A stretch of DNA of 64,000 nucleotides, from contig JANQHR010000149.1 of assembly GCA_028282585.1 (NCBI GenBank), positions 1-64,000 of the forward strand. The letters are read 5' to 3'. Source of the stretch: Bacteroidales bacterium (GTDB taxonomy: Bacteria > Bacteroidota > Bacteroidia > Bacteroidales > UBA12077). Below, piece after piece: positions 51,370 through 60,419 of the stretch. The position numbers and the translations under genes are program-made. A model generated the notes under the pieces. That model was not told the origin of the DNA and ran no database searches. It saw only the letters and a list, made by a program, of their open reading frames with translations. The stretch's first letter is position 1. The number at the start of each line of letters is the position of its first letter.

Positions 51370-52090
51370 ATGAAAATAAAAAAAATAAACACCTTTTTTA
51401 GAAAAATGGGTAAATTTCAAATAAGGTACAGATGGCCTCTGATTATTCTTGCCCTATTACTTACCGTTTTTGGTATTACCGGGTTAAAGCATATTGAAAT
51501 AGCAAATACCCGTGATGACTGGTTCGATGACAAGGAAGCTATTGAAATAGCAACCGAGGAATTTGGTTCTTTCTCGCCAGGCTTTGGTTGGAAAAATAGT
51601 TTCAAAAGACTGTAAGGAAACATGGCTTACACTTTCATTACTTGAATTTCCGGAACAAGAGGAATCGGAAAAAGAAACGAATATTGACCCTTTGTTCCAA
51701 ACCGGGGAAGCTGCCGTACGCATAGTAACCGACCCCAAAGGGCAAAGCGAAATAATGGGAACAATTGTGAATGTGGAATATATTGAAAATGGTACGCTTT
51801 ATGCCAATGTCATAATACCCACCTTATATAGCACACCTCCTGATTTGCTAAATGACTACTCGGTAACATCTGTGGAATTGAATTTAATTAACAAAACTGC
51901 TAAGTCACTAGGTTTCGATAACGCCGCAACGAATAATACCATTGCCACTTACGATGATATAGTATTGTTTGGATTAAACACAGCAAATGGTAGTGGATTA
52001 TTTACTTATGACCCGTCAACAGATACTGCCAACAAAGAAGTCCTGATTGAGCTTGATGGAATCTCTTACGGGGCACATCAATTCAAATAA
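51370..52090 (+). pseudogene. Chimeric remnant: MMPL/RND N-terminal fragments fused to a lipoprotein C-terminus
   Basis: RYRWPLII..GLKHI..DDWF is MMPL-like; the C-terminal part resembles the end of 57678-58901 (NGTLYA..STPP, VLFGLNT..GLF). Confidence 0.7.
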
Positions 52091-52102
52091 CTGAGGTTAC
52101 TA

Positions 52103-52152
52103 CAAAGAATAAGGTTGGAAGTAGTTATGAACTCACCCAACTTTGTTCTTTG
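52103..52152 (+). terminator. Long stem-loop
   Basis: CAAAGAATAAGGTTGG...CCAACTTTGTTCTTTG. Confidence 0.6.
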
Positions 52153-52229
52153 ACAACTATTTGTTATAAATATAATAAAATACCAAAAGTTTTTTAGACA
52201 ATGCTATCTTTATAAAGAAACCTAAAATA

Positions 52230-52883
52230 ATGGATGATAAGATAAGAACCAAAAAAGAAAAGACTTATTGGAATAAGTTAAGTGTTAACTACGATAGATT
52301 TATCCAGAAACATTGGAATATTTATAATACAGTATTGCTTGAGAAGATTGAAAATAATGTAAAATCAGGTGCAGTTGTTTTAGATGTTGCGTGCGGAACC
52401 GGATTGGTTTCGGAAAAAATTGCAGGAAAATCGAAAGAAGTTATTAGTGTTGACATGAGCGAAAACATGATAGCGCAAGCAAACATTAAAAAAGAACAAA
52501 ATCAACCGAATAACATAAGCTTTAATGTAGAAGATGCCTACAAATTGTCTCTCGATGAAAACTCATGCGACACGGTAGTATGTATTAATGCCCTACACAA
52601 TACGAAACACCCTGAAAAAGCTTTTTCAGAGATTAAACGGGTACTAAAACCCGAAGGTAAACTAATTGTTTCCATTGTTGGCTTAGGTACATCTTTTAAA
52701 ATTAAGGTAATGTTTTCGATTGTTAACCTTTTACAAAAAACGCCTCTCCCTGTCTTTCATAATCTCAACCTAAAGCAAGCCGTAAACCTGGTAAAAGATG
52801 CCGGGTTTAAAGTAGAAAATAGTGAACTGCTTAAAGACAAAAATGATATGATGCCACTGTTGTTTATTGTCGCCAACCATTAA
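52230..52883 (+). CDS. Class I SAM-dependent methyltransferase
   Basis: VLDVACGTG, VDMSENM, RVLKPEG. Confidence 0.9.
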   Translation: MDDKIRTKKEKTYWNKLSVNYDRFIQKHWNIYNTVLLEKIENNVKSGAVVLDVACGTGLVSEKIAGKSKEVISVDMSENMIAQANIKKEQNQPNNISFNVEDAYKLSLDENSCDTVVCINALHNTKHPEKAFSEIKRVLKPEGKLIVSIVGLGTSFKIKVMFSIVNLLQKTPLPVFHNLNLKQAVNLVKDAGFKVENSELLKDKNDMMPLLFIVANH

Positions 52884-53110
52884 GTAATAGTAAGGATGAG
52901 AATTACGTCCTGTTCCATTCAGCTAAACAGTGAACAAAAAATCGTGTGCTATCATCATAACGGGTATTTGGGAAAAACAATTTTTTAGAAGCTTAGGAGC
53001 AGGTGCTTGCTCTGCTTGTTTATCAAAGAAAAAGTTACAATTTGATACTTGATTTTAGGGGATCTTTGTTTATTCTCAAAACTTTTGAAATAGATGAGAT
53101 TGTAACCTTC

Positions 53111-54121
53111 TTAGACAAGTTGTAGACTATGCCTTTTTCTAAAATCCTGCGGCGTAACACTAAATTTACGCCTGAAAGCAGTTGTAAAATGCGAAGCATA
53201 CTCATAGCCACATTGGTCTGCTATGTCAACTATGTTCTTTTTGGTATCCAGCAACAGCTTACAGGCTAAGTCCATTTTGTAATCGAACAGGTAACCGAAT
53301 ATGGTATGATTATAAACTTCTTTAAAACCATATTTCAACTTATTCTCATTTATACCCACTTGTCTCGATAACTGTCTTATGGTTAATGATTGGTTTAAAT
53401 CGGCAACAAGCAGTCTTTTTGCCTCATGAATCTTTTCTATATCCTGAGCATTCTTGCAATATGTATTACTATTCCCACCCTTACTTTCACTGCCCTGTTG
53501 CAATTGAAGAGCCAAAAGTTCCATTATCTTGGCTTCAGTATATATTTGGCTTGTCTTTCCCATCAATTTGGCATTTCGAATCTGGGAAATAGTTTGCATC
53601 ATTTCCATTGAAGTAAATCGGTATTGAGGATTCAAACTAAACGATTTTCCAGAAATAAATTTTATGTAAATTTCATCTAAAAGTTCAGGATATTTGTTTG
53701 TAATCTCTTTCATGAAACCATCATAAAAATAGATAGCAAACCCCGATGTTTTTACATCTTTCTTGTAAGTTGAATATCCAAAATACCCACTGTTTAATGA
53801 CCAGATATTATTTGTTCCGCCGTTAGAAATTACTCTCTTATTGTTGCCTGTCTCGTATTCTACAGTCCCTTGTGACACAAAATCCATTGAGAACACCGGT
53901 TCTGAATTATAGCCGGATATTCGCACGTCCTCATAAAACATATTATTTGCTTCAATAATGCTAAAACCAGGAGTATTCTCCAGTTTAAAATTAAAAAACC
54001 CCAACTCATCTAACTTCTTACCATTACTGCTCCCTTCAAAAAGATTGTTACCTGATACAAGTTTTCCTTCGTATTCAAGTTCAGAAATATTATATTCTTT
54101 TATGTTTAAACAATACTTCAT
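53111..54121 (-). CDS. AraC family regulator (PchR/YbtA-like)
   Basis: EAKIMELL, LSRQVGINENKLKYGFKEVY, GYEYASHFTTAFRRKF. Confidence 0.92.
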   Translation of the reverse strand: MKYCLNIKEYNISELEYEGKLVSGNNLFEGSSNGKKLDELGFFNFKLENTPGFSIIEANNMFYEDVRISGYNSEPVFSMDFVSQGTVEYETGNNKRVISNGGTNNIWSLNSGYFGYSTYKKDVKTSGFAIYFYDGFMKEITNKYPELLDEIYIKFISGKSFSLNPQYRFTSMEMMQTISQIRNAKLMGKTSQIYTEAKIMELLALQLQQGSESKGGNSNTYCKNAQDIEKIHEAKRLLVADLNQSLTIRQLSRQVGINENKLKYGFKEVYNHTIFGYLFDYKMDLACKLLLDTKKNIVDIADQCGYEYASHFTTAFRRKFSVTPQDFRKRHSLQLV

Positions 54122-54193
54122 ATTCTTATAGTCAAAAGTTATTAGATAAAATATGAAGCTCTCATAGTTTATGTACGAACTCCCAGCTTCTTC

Positions 54194-54224
54194 TTTTCTC
54201 CTTTAGATTAAATTTTTTCTCCTT
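54194..54224 (+). promoter_or_regulatory. Direct repeat TTTTCTCCTT x2 with 21-bp period (candidate AraC site)
   Basis: Copies at 54194-54203 and 54215-54224, upstream of TACTTTTG at 54256-54263. Confidence 0.55.
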
Positions 54225-54289
54225 CTTGTTTAAGCACCTGCTAAACGCTACTAAATACTTTTGCATTGTTTTTATTTAGTTTAAATATC

Positions 54290-54340
54290 CAAAAGTAGGA
54301 TTGTAATGGGTTTCATGCAATAACCAAATGTTATGATTTT
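54290..54340 (-). promoter_or_regulatory. 23-bp box 4 plus -7 element (araC promoter)
   Basis: Minus strand AAAATCATAACATTTGGTTATTG, 20-nt spacer, TACTTTTG. Confidence 0.75.
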
Positions 54341-54456
54341 TAAATCCACTAACATACAGTCTTTTGCGGGATATATTTAAACATTAAATAGATGAGAAAT
54401 TGATAGGGTTTCACATAATATAAGTAACGTCTAATTGATAGTAAGTTTCACAGCAT

Positions 54457-56793
54457 ATGCAGTCTAAAATCTGTTTTTTATCTTTTTTAATATTACTGAT
54501 AACCATATCGACAAATATATCAGCACATACCCTAATCACAGGTACTGTAATAGATGCAGAAACCAATGAACCAATGGTTGGCGTAAGCGTCGCCATTAAA
54601 GAAACTCAGCAAGGAACTATTACCGACGAAGAAGGTAAATACAGTATTTCAGTACATCACGGAAAATATACGGTAGTATTCTCTTATATTGGTCGCGAAA
54701 GTTCTGAAAAACAAATCAATTGTTATAAACCAGAGCTGGTACTCAACATAATACTTAAACCATCGGCACTGAAATTAGATGAAGTAACGGTAACAGCTAA
54801 GTCCAAGGCCCGGCAAGTAAGAGAGCAAGCAATTCCTGTTTCTGTAATTTCTCTTGATAAGATTCAAGGAAGCGTTAGTAATGTTAGCGAGTTATTAAGT
54901 AAAACAGCCGGAGTAAAAATTCGTAGTACGGGTGGCGTGGGAAGCGCTTCACGTATTTCGGTCAGAGGGCTTGAAGGCAAACGTGTAGGTTTCTTTGTCG
55001 ATGAAACACCACTAAGCGAACAGTCCGACCATATAGGCTTTAATGAGGTTCCGCTTGATATCATTGAACGCATTGAAATTTACAAAGGTATTGTACCTGC
55101 AAAATTTGGGGGCTCAGCAATCGGGGGAGCGGTTAATATAGTGCTGAAAGAATATCCTCCAAAATACATAGACTTTTCGTATGGCTTGCAAACATACAAC
55201 ACACATAATGCCAATATTCTATTTAAACGGAATAACCAAAATTCAGGAATAGAATATGGAGTTGCAGGCTTTTATACTTATTCTGATAATAACTACACAT
55301 TTAAAGCACCCAATAATAGCGAACTGAAAATAACAAGAGACCACGACTCCTACGATAAAAAACTGTTCGGGGGCGTTTTTACGGCAAAAAAATGGTGGTT
55401 CGATGAAGTCAGTTTTGACTTTGCCTTCATATCAACGAAAAAGGAAATACAAGGAATTACTCATAATATACAAGAAGCCGAAAATAGTTCAAACGCTTTC
55501 TTCATAGCCAATGAAACAGAAAAAGATAATTTTTTGATTGAAGGCCTGGATTTAGACTTCAAGTTATCTTATGCTTACACTATTTACAAATTCCGTGACA
55601 AAGCCATGCAACGATACAATTGGGATAAAACCACTTATTTGCCAGTTACAGAATTTGGCGGAGAAATAGGCAATGACGCCAATGATGCATACAATCAAAA
55701 ACATACAATTTTACAAAAAACAAACCTGAACTACATCTTAAACGAATTTAGCTCCTTGAATCTGAATACAGTCTATAGTCATGCTTATGGAATCCCAAAA
55801 GATACCTTAAAAGATAAATCATTAGGATATAAAACGAATTATAACAGTCGAATGAACAGTTTTATATCGGGACTGAATTACGAGATTAACTTGTTCAGGA
55901 AAAAGCTTACAAACTCTGCAACAATCAAATATTATTATTACGACATAAATACAACACTGGTTGAGATGTTTTCTAAAGATGTGAAAGCACACGATTACCA
56001 TAAAAATGATTTTGGCTTTAGTAATGCCCTCAGATACAAGTTTACACCAAGATTTTTGATAAAAGCATCGTACGGTTACGATGTACGCCTTCCTTCTGAA
56101 CACGAATTATTGGGCGATGGGTTTATGACCATGCCGGCAGGTGATTTGGAACCAGAAAGGAACAGTAGTTTCAACTTCGGGTTTATGTACGACCATACAA
56201 ATAAACGAAGCAACAGATTCCAGTTTGAGATGAATTTCTTCTATATGAAATTAGAAAATATGATACGTTATGTAGGGAGTTTCCTGCAATCGAATTACGA
56301 AAACTTTGGGGAAATGAGAACAATAGGTGGAGATATAGATGTAAAATATGACCTTACCTCATTCATTTATATTTATGGCAATGCAACCTATCAGGATCTA
56401 AGAGATACACGAAAATATGAGGCTGGTTCAGCAACTAAAAAGAATCCATTTGAAGGAGACCGGATGCCAAATATCCCCTATTTATTTTCTAATGTCGGGG
56501 TCGAATTGCACAAAAAGAATCTCTTTGGCGGAAAAGAACAGGAAAGCAAGTTCTATTTCGAAAACTCTTTTGTAGAAGAATATTTCTATGATTTTGAGCA
56601 AACAGAATTAGACAAAAGACGTATTCCCCGTTCTTCAATCTTTAATATGGGCCTGGAACATAGCTTTAAAAATAAAAACATAATGATTGGCCTTCAGGCC
56701 AACAATATTTTCGACTCAGAACAAATAACAATTTTCAACCGCCCCATGCCGGGGCGAACGGGGGGAATCAGGCTTCGATATATCATAAAATAA
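54457..56793 (+). CDS. TonB-dependent receptor (siderophore-type)
   Basis: LDEVTVTA, GVKIRSTGGVGS, IERIEIYKGIVPAKFGGSAIGGAVNIV, PMPGR. Confidence 0.92.
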   Translation: MQSKICFLSFLILLITISTNISAHTLITGTVIDAETNEPMVGVSVAIKETQQGTITDEEGKYSISVHHGKYTVVFSYIGRESSEKQINCYKPELVLNIILKPSALKLDEVTVTAKSKARQVREQAIPVSVISLDKIQGSVSNVSELLSKTAGVKIRSTGGVGSASRISVRGLEGKRVGFFVDETPLSEQSDHIGFNEVPLDIIERIEIYKGIVPAKFGGSAIGGAVNIVLKEYPPKYIDFSYGLQTYNTHNANILFKRNNQNSGIEYGVAGFYTYSDNNYTFKAPNNSELKITRDHDSYDKKLFGGVFTAKKWWFDEVSFDFAFISTKKEIQGITHNIQEAENSSNAFFIANETEKDNFLIEGLDLDFKLSYAYTIYKFRDKAMQRYNWDKTTYLPVTEFGGEIGNDANDAYNQKHTILQKTNLNYILNEFSSLNLNTVYSHAYGIPKDTLKDKSLGYKTNYNSRMNSFISGLNYEINLFRKKLTNSATIKYYYYDINTTLVEMFSKDVKAHDYHKNDFGFSNALRYKFTPRFLIKASYGYDVRLPSEHELLGDGFMTMPAGDLEPERNSSFNFGFMYDHTNKRSNRFQFEMNFFYMKLENMIRYVGSFLQSNYENFGEMRTIGGDIDVKYDLTSFIYIYGNATYQDLRDTRKYEAGSATKKNPFEGDRMPNIPYLFSNVGVELHKKNLFGGKEQESKFYFENSFVEEYFYDFEQTELDKRRIPRSSIFNMGLEHSFKNKNIMIGLQANNIFDSEQITIFNRPMPGRTGGIRLRYIIK

Positions 56794-56807
56794 GAAAGGA
56801 GATATAA

Positions 56808-57629
56808 ATGAAAAATAATAAACAGGGAATCAAATCAAACCTGAAAGAAGTTCCTGAAACAATGCTTATCACATTAAGGGCAAAATATCAGGAAACTAAA
56901 AGCCCGAACAGAATAATCAACGACTCAAAATCTGTAGAGATATTAGAGCAAATCGATTACGACTTTTCGGGTAAGAAAAAAGTTAAAAAAGCCACTCAAA
57001 AAGGGATTGTTATACGAACAGAGATCCTGGATGAGTTAACCAGTATTTTTCTATCCACCAATAAAAATGCAGTGGTCGTAAACCTGGGGTGTGGGCTTGA
57101 CTCTCGTTTTCAGAGGATCAGCAAAGAAGAGATAATCCGCTTCGATTTGGACCTGCCTGATGCCATTGAATTACGCAAACACTTCTTTAAAGAAAACGAA
57201 CAGCTCACATTCATTCCCAAATCCATTCTCGATTTTTCATGGACAGATCTTATTCCAAAGAACCAACCCACTCTCTTTATAGCAGAAGGTTTATTAATGT
57301 ATTTTACAGAGAAAGAAGTAAAATCAATAATTAAAACAATTGGAGATGAATTTCCCGGTTCTGAAATGATTTTTGATGCCATGCCAACTTTTGCTGTAAA
57401 CAAAAAAAACATGCACCCCGATGTAAAAAATTACGAAGCGCAATTCAAATGGGGGATTAAAACAGGAAAAGAAATAGACCAATGGAATATGAGGGCTAAA
57501 TTTCTAAATGAATATTTCATTTTTGACCGGTATAAAAATCATTGGCCTTTTATTCTAAAGGTTTTAATGCTTATCCCTGCATTTAGAAAATCGGGCAAAA
57601 TTATTCATTTAAAATTTACTGCCATATAA
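56808..57629 (+). CDS. SAM-dependent O-methyltransferase (LCM/TcmP-like)
   Basis: VPETMLITL, VVNLGCGLDSRF, DLDLPDAIELR, IAEGLLMY. Confidence 0.9.
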   Translation: MKNNKQGIKSNLKEVPETMLITLRAKYQETKSPNRIINDSKSVEILEQIDYDFSGKKKVKKATQKGIVIRTEILDELTSIFLSTNKNAVVVNLGCGLDSRFQRISKEEIIRFDLDLPDAIELRKHFFKENEQLTFIPKSILDFSWTDLIPKNQPTLFIAEGLLMYFTEKEVKSIIKTIGDEFPGSEMIFDAMPTFAVNKKNMHPDVKNYEAQFKWGIKTGKEIDQWNMRAKFLNEYFIFDRYKNHWPFILKVLMLIPAFRKSGKIIHLKFTAI

Positions 57630-57677
57630 TACACTCACATCAAATAAGCTTAATATCAATTTTTAAACAGAAATAAT

Positions 57678-58901
57678 ATGAATACAAATCTTTTAAAATC
57701 AGGAATACTTTTTTTTGTATTAGGCATAGCCTTTATTTCTTGCGAAAAAGACGAAGACACACCTGAAGTATCAAAAGGCGAAATTTTAATGGTAACGGGC
57801 TTGATAAACCCTGACGGGCAGTCGGGAAGTAATTACCTGCAGTTGATAGATGATATAAGTTCTAAAAGCTATGACAATAGTTCGGCTTTTCAATTTGACC
57901 TTTACGACCAGTTTGTTATGCGAGGTGAAGATGTTTTTGTGTTGCCTTTATCCTCGAGCGACATAATAACCAAATATACCCGTGGTGCCAATAAAAAATT
58001 GAGTAAAACAGGTCAATTAGCTTTAGATGCCAATTCAATGCCAACATCAATAGTTATTAAAAATACTACGAAAGGGTATGTAGCCTTAATGGGAAGACCG
58101 ACCATTGTAATCATTAATCCCGAAACCATGCAAAAAACAGGCGAAATTGACATTACAGAGTATGGCGTTACTGATGGAAACCCCGATGCAACGCAGATGC
58201 TTATAAGGGATAACAAACTATACGTTGCACTCAACCAAATGGTGGGTGGATTTTTTCCTTCTGCTGACAGACCTAAAACAGATGTACTGATTATCAATAC
58301 CGAAACCGATGAAGTTGAAAAAATGATTACTGAAGAAAATACAGGAATGTCTCAGCCTGCCCGTCCACAGGAAAGCAAGCAAATTTTTATGGACGAGAAT
58401 CAGGATATTTATATTGTATGTCAGGCAGGGTTTGGTTTAGTTGATTTACCCGGTCATAAATTTGGAATCTTACGTATTAAAAACGGGGAAACAGATTTCG
58501 ACAATAGCTACAGCTTTAACCTAACAGATGCGACTATCGAAGGAGAAAGCAATAAAGCATCTTCCCTGCAATTTGTGCAGTATGCAGGCAATGGCAGATT
58601 ATATGCAATGGCTACAATACCTGCATATTGGAGCAATCCTCCTGCTCCTCTTACCGACAGGATTTGTATAGCAACAGAAATAGATTTGAAATCCAAAACC
58701 ATAAAAAAACTCGACCTGCCAAGAAGCAATGGTTATTGTTCAATTGGCTTATATAAGGATAAAGTAATGTTTGGTTTATCAACAAATTCCGAAGATGGCT
58801 TCTTTAGCCTGGATTTGAATACGGGAGAAGTCAGCTCAAATGCAGTAATCAAAACTACAGGGGCACCTTACTTGTTCAGGCATTTTGGAGAGACATATTA
58901 A
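57678..58901 (+). CDS. Surface beta-propeller lipoprotein (DUF4374/XusB-like)
   Basis: Lipobox FISC-EKDED, KGYV..IINPETMQKTGEID, GILRIKNGETDFD.SY.FNL. Confidence 0.7.
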   Translation: MNTNLLKSGILFFVLGIAFISCEKDEDTPEVSKGEILMVTGLINPDGQSGSNYLQLIDDISSKSYDNSSAFQFDLYDQFVMRGEDVFVLPLSSSDIITKYTRGANKKLSKTGQLALDANSMPTSIVIKNTTKGYVALMGRPTIVIINPETMQKTGEIDITEYGVTDGNPDATQMLIRDNKLYVALNQMVGGFFPSADRPKTDVLIINTETDEVEKMITEENTGMSQPARPQESKQIFMDENQDIYIVCQAGFGLVDLPGHKFGILRIKNGETDFDNSYSFNLTDATIEGESNKASSLQFVQYAGNGRLYAMATIPAYWSNPPAPLTDRICIATEIDLKSKTIKKLDLPRSNGYCSIGLYKDKVMFGLSTNSEDGFFSLDLNTGEVSSNAVIKTTGAPYLFRHFGETY

Positions 58902-59161
58902 AAAGCTCGAAGTAGGGAGTAATTTAGGATCAGAAGGAAATGGCAATATTCAACACTACTGTTTTGTTACTTTTCCCACTACAGCACTTCTGACTTCTTT
59001 TAATAACACAATTCAGAAGTTTAGATAAAAGCCAGGTTTTATTAATCTACTTTTAATTATTCTTTCATACAAATACGTTTTGTTGTTAAATTTTTAAATT
59101 GATGAAAGAAGAGATTTTATTAATAGAGTGCTTTTAATAATATTTGCCAGTACCATTTTAT

Positions 59162-59431
59162 AACCAAATTGCATTTGATGATGCTGTTAAAGTTGCAATT
59201 AAATTTGCTGAAAGCTGACAAGATACTTTGTTTATCATTATAACTGACCTCAGAAATGCAAACTCTGACTTAATAAAATCCAAAAAAGTAAATAAAATGT
59301 TTGACACCATTCAAAAAGCTAAGCATAGAAACGAATGTATATTTAACGGAATTAAACAAAGCGATAGTCCTTCTTAAGTAATTGAACGAATTAACTACGC
59401 ACAAGGAATTACCATAAGTAATAAAGAGGCT
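59162..59431 (+). pseudogene. Alkaline phosphatase (PhoA-like) internal remnant
   Basis: NQIAFDDAVKVAIKFAES*QDTLFIIITDLRNANS...VIERINYAQG with two in-frame stops. Confidence 0.65.
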
Positions 59432-59456
59432 GTCCAAAAAGTAAAAGGACAGCCTC
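59426..59456. repeat. Short inverted repeat related to the MITE ends
   Basis: GAGGCTGTCC-AAAAAGTAAAA-GGACAGCCTC; shares TGTCCAAAAAGT with the MITE TIR. Confidence 0.55.
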
Positions 59457-59516
59457 ATTTAAATATTTTTTATCCTTATAAAAACTGTATCGTTTTTTTA
59501 GGGCTAGTCATTCGAT

Positions 59517-59567
59517 AAAATACCAACATTTTGGTATTGATTCAAATTAATACTTTTCTAAAATTTG
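59517..59567 (+). promoter_or_regulatory. 23-bp box 5 plus -7 element
   Basis: AAAATACCAACATTTTGGTATTG, 20-nt spacer, AAAATTTG. Confidence 0.7.
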
Positions 59568-59569
59568 TA

Positions 59570-59686
59570 ATGTAAATTATTTCGAAAAGATATTTTATAA
59601 AAGTGTTAGGTTTTTTATTGTAATCTTTAAAAGTAGGGAGTTATAGCGTAGGTCATAGAATTAATTTTCTCTCTACTTTTTCTTTG
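59570..59686 (+). ncRNA. Candidate small RNA or leader RNA
   Basis: Lies between the box-5 promoter and the hairpin AAAAGTAGGGAG/CTCTCTACTTTT+TCTTT; no convincing ORF. Confidence 0.35.
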
Positions 59687-59903
59687 TAAAATTTAGTAAT
59701 TTTTAATACGGTTTAATTACCAACCTTTGTATTACTTCCTCAAGAAGTTAACAAAAAACAGATTACCTTAAACTAATTTGATTTAACAGTATTAATATTC
59801 TATAAGAAATAGAAAATAATAATCATTTAAATTAAACTAATCATAATAATTTTAGTCTTACAACATTAATTAACGCAAATTATATCTAAGATTTGTCGCC
59901 AAA

Positions 59904-60275
59904 ATGAAGAGGAATTTTTTAAACAAAATAAATCGCTTTATTTTATGTCTGTTTATCGGATTGATAACCGGATATATTTTCAATTCTATATTTTTTCTTC
60001 ATAGCCATACGGATCTTAATGGTAAGAAAATTCAGCACGCCCACCCCTATAAAAAAAGTTCGGATAACAACTCCTTACCAACTCACCATCATACTTCAGA
60101 TGAAATCGTTTTTTTAGAATTTAGTTCAATACTATTTGAATTTACAAATGAAATTGTGTTAGAACACTTTTCTAGTTTCGTTAGCACAATTTCTTCTTAT
60201 GAATATTCGTTTAGCAAGAATTCGTATTTCTTCACTAAAAGTGCACGTGGTCCGCCAAATTTAATTTCAGCATAG
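59904..60275 (+). CDS. His-cluster membrane-anchored leader ORF with C-terminal RGPP motif
   Basis: TM segment, HSH-x4-G-x4-HAHPY-x10-THHH, ARGPP; paralog of 26620-26982. Confidence 0.8.
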   Translation: MKRNFLNKINRFILCLFIGLITGYIFNSIFFLHSHTDLNGKKIQHAHPYKKSSDNNSLPTHHHTSDEIVFLEFSSILFEFTNEIVLEHFSSFVSTISSYEYSFSKNSYFFTKSARGPPNLISA

Positions 60276-60419
60276 AATATTAATTTCATTGCTAATTTAT
60301 TAATGTCAAATTCATTGCTTTTGATAAAGCATTGTATCGTATTATTTTATATAATCTATTTTAAATTAATCCGAAAACTTAACCAGTATTCATGTGAATA
60401 GTACTAATTAATATAGAAA

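Noticed and set aside
52884-53110. Possible gene remnant between the methyltransferase and araC
   Set aside because: The frames I translated gave nothing recognisable
54264-54290. Possible Fur-like box (TTTTTATTTAGTTTAAATA)
   Set aside because: Only a partial palindrome in very AT-rich DNA and not clearly repeated elsewhere
40061-58901. Natural-product biosynthetic gene cluster suggested by the many methyltransferases
   Set aside because: No scaffold-forming enzyme or precursor peptide in the window
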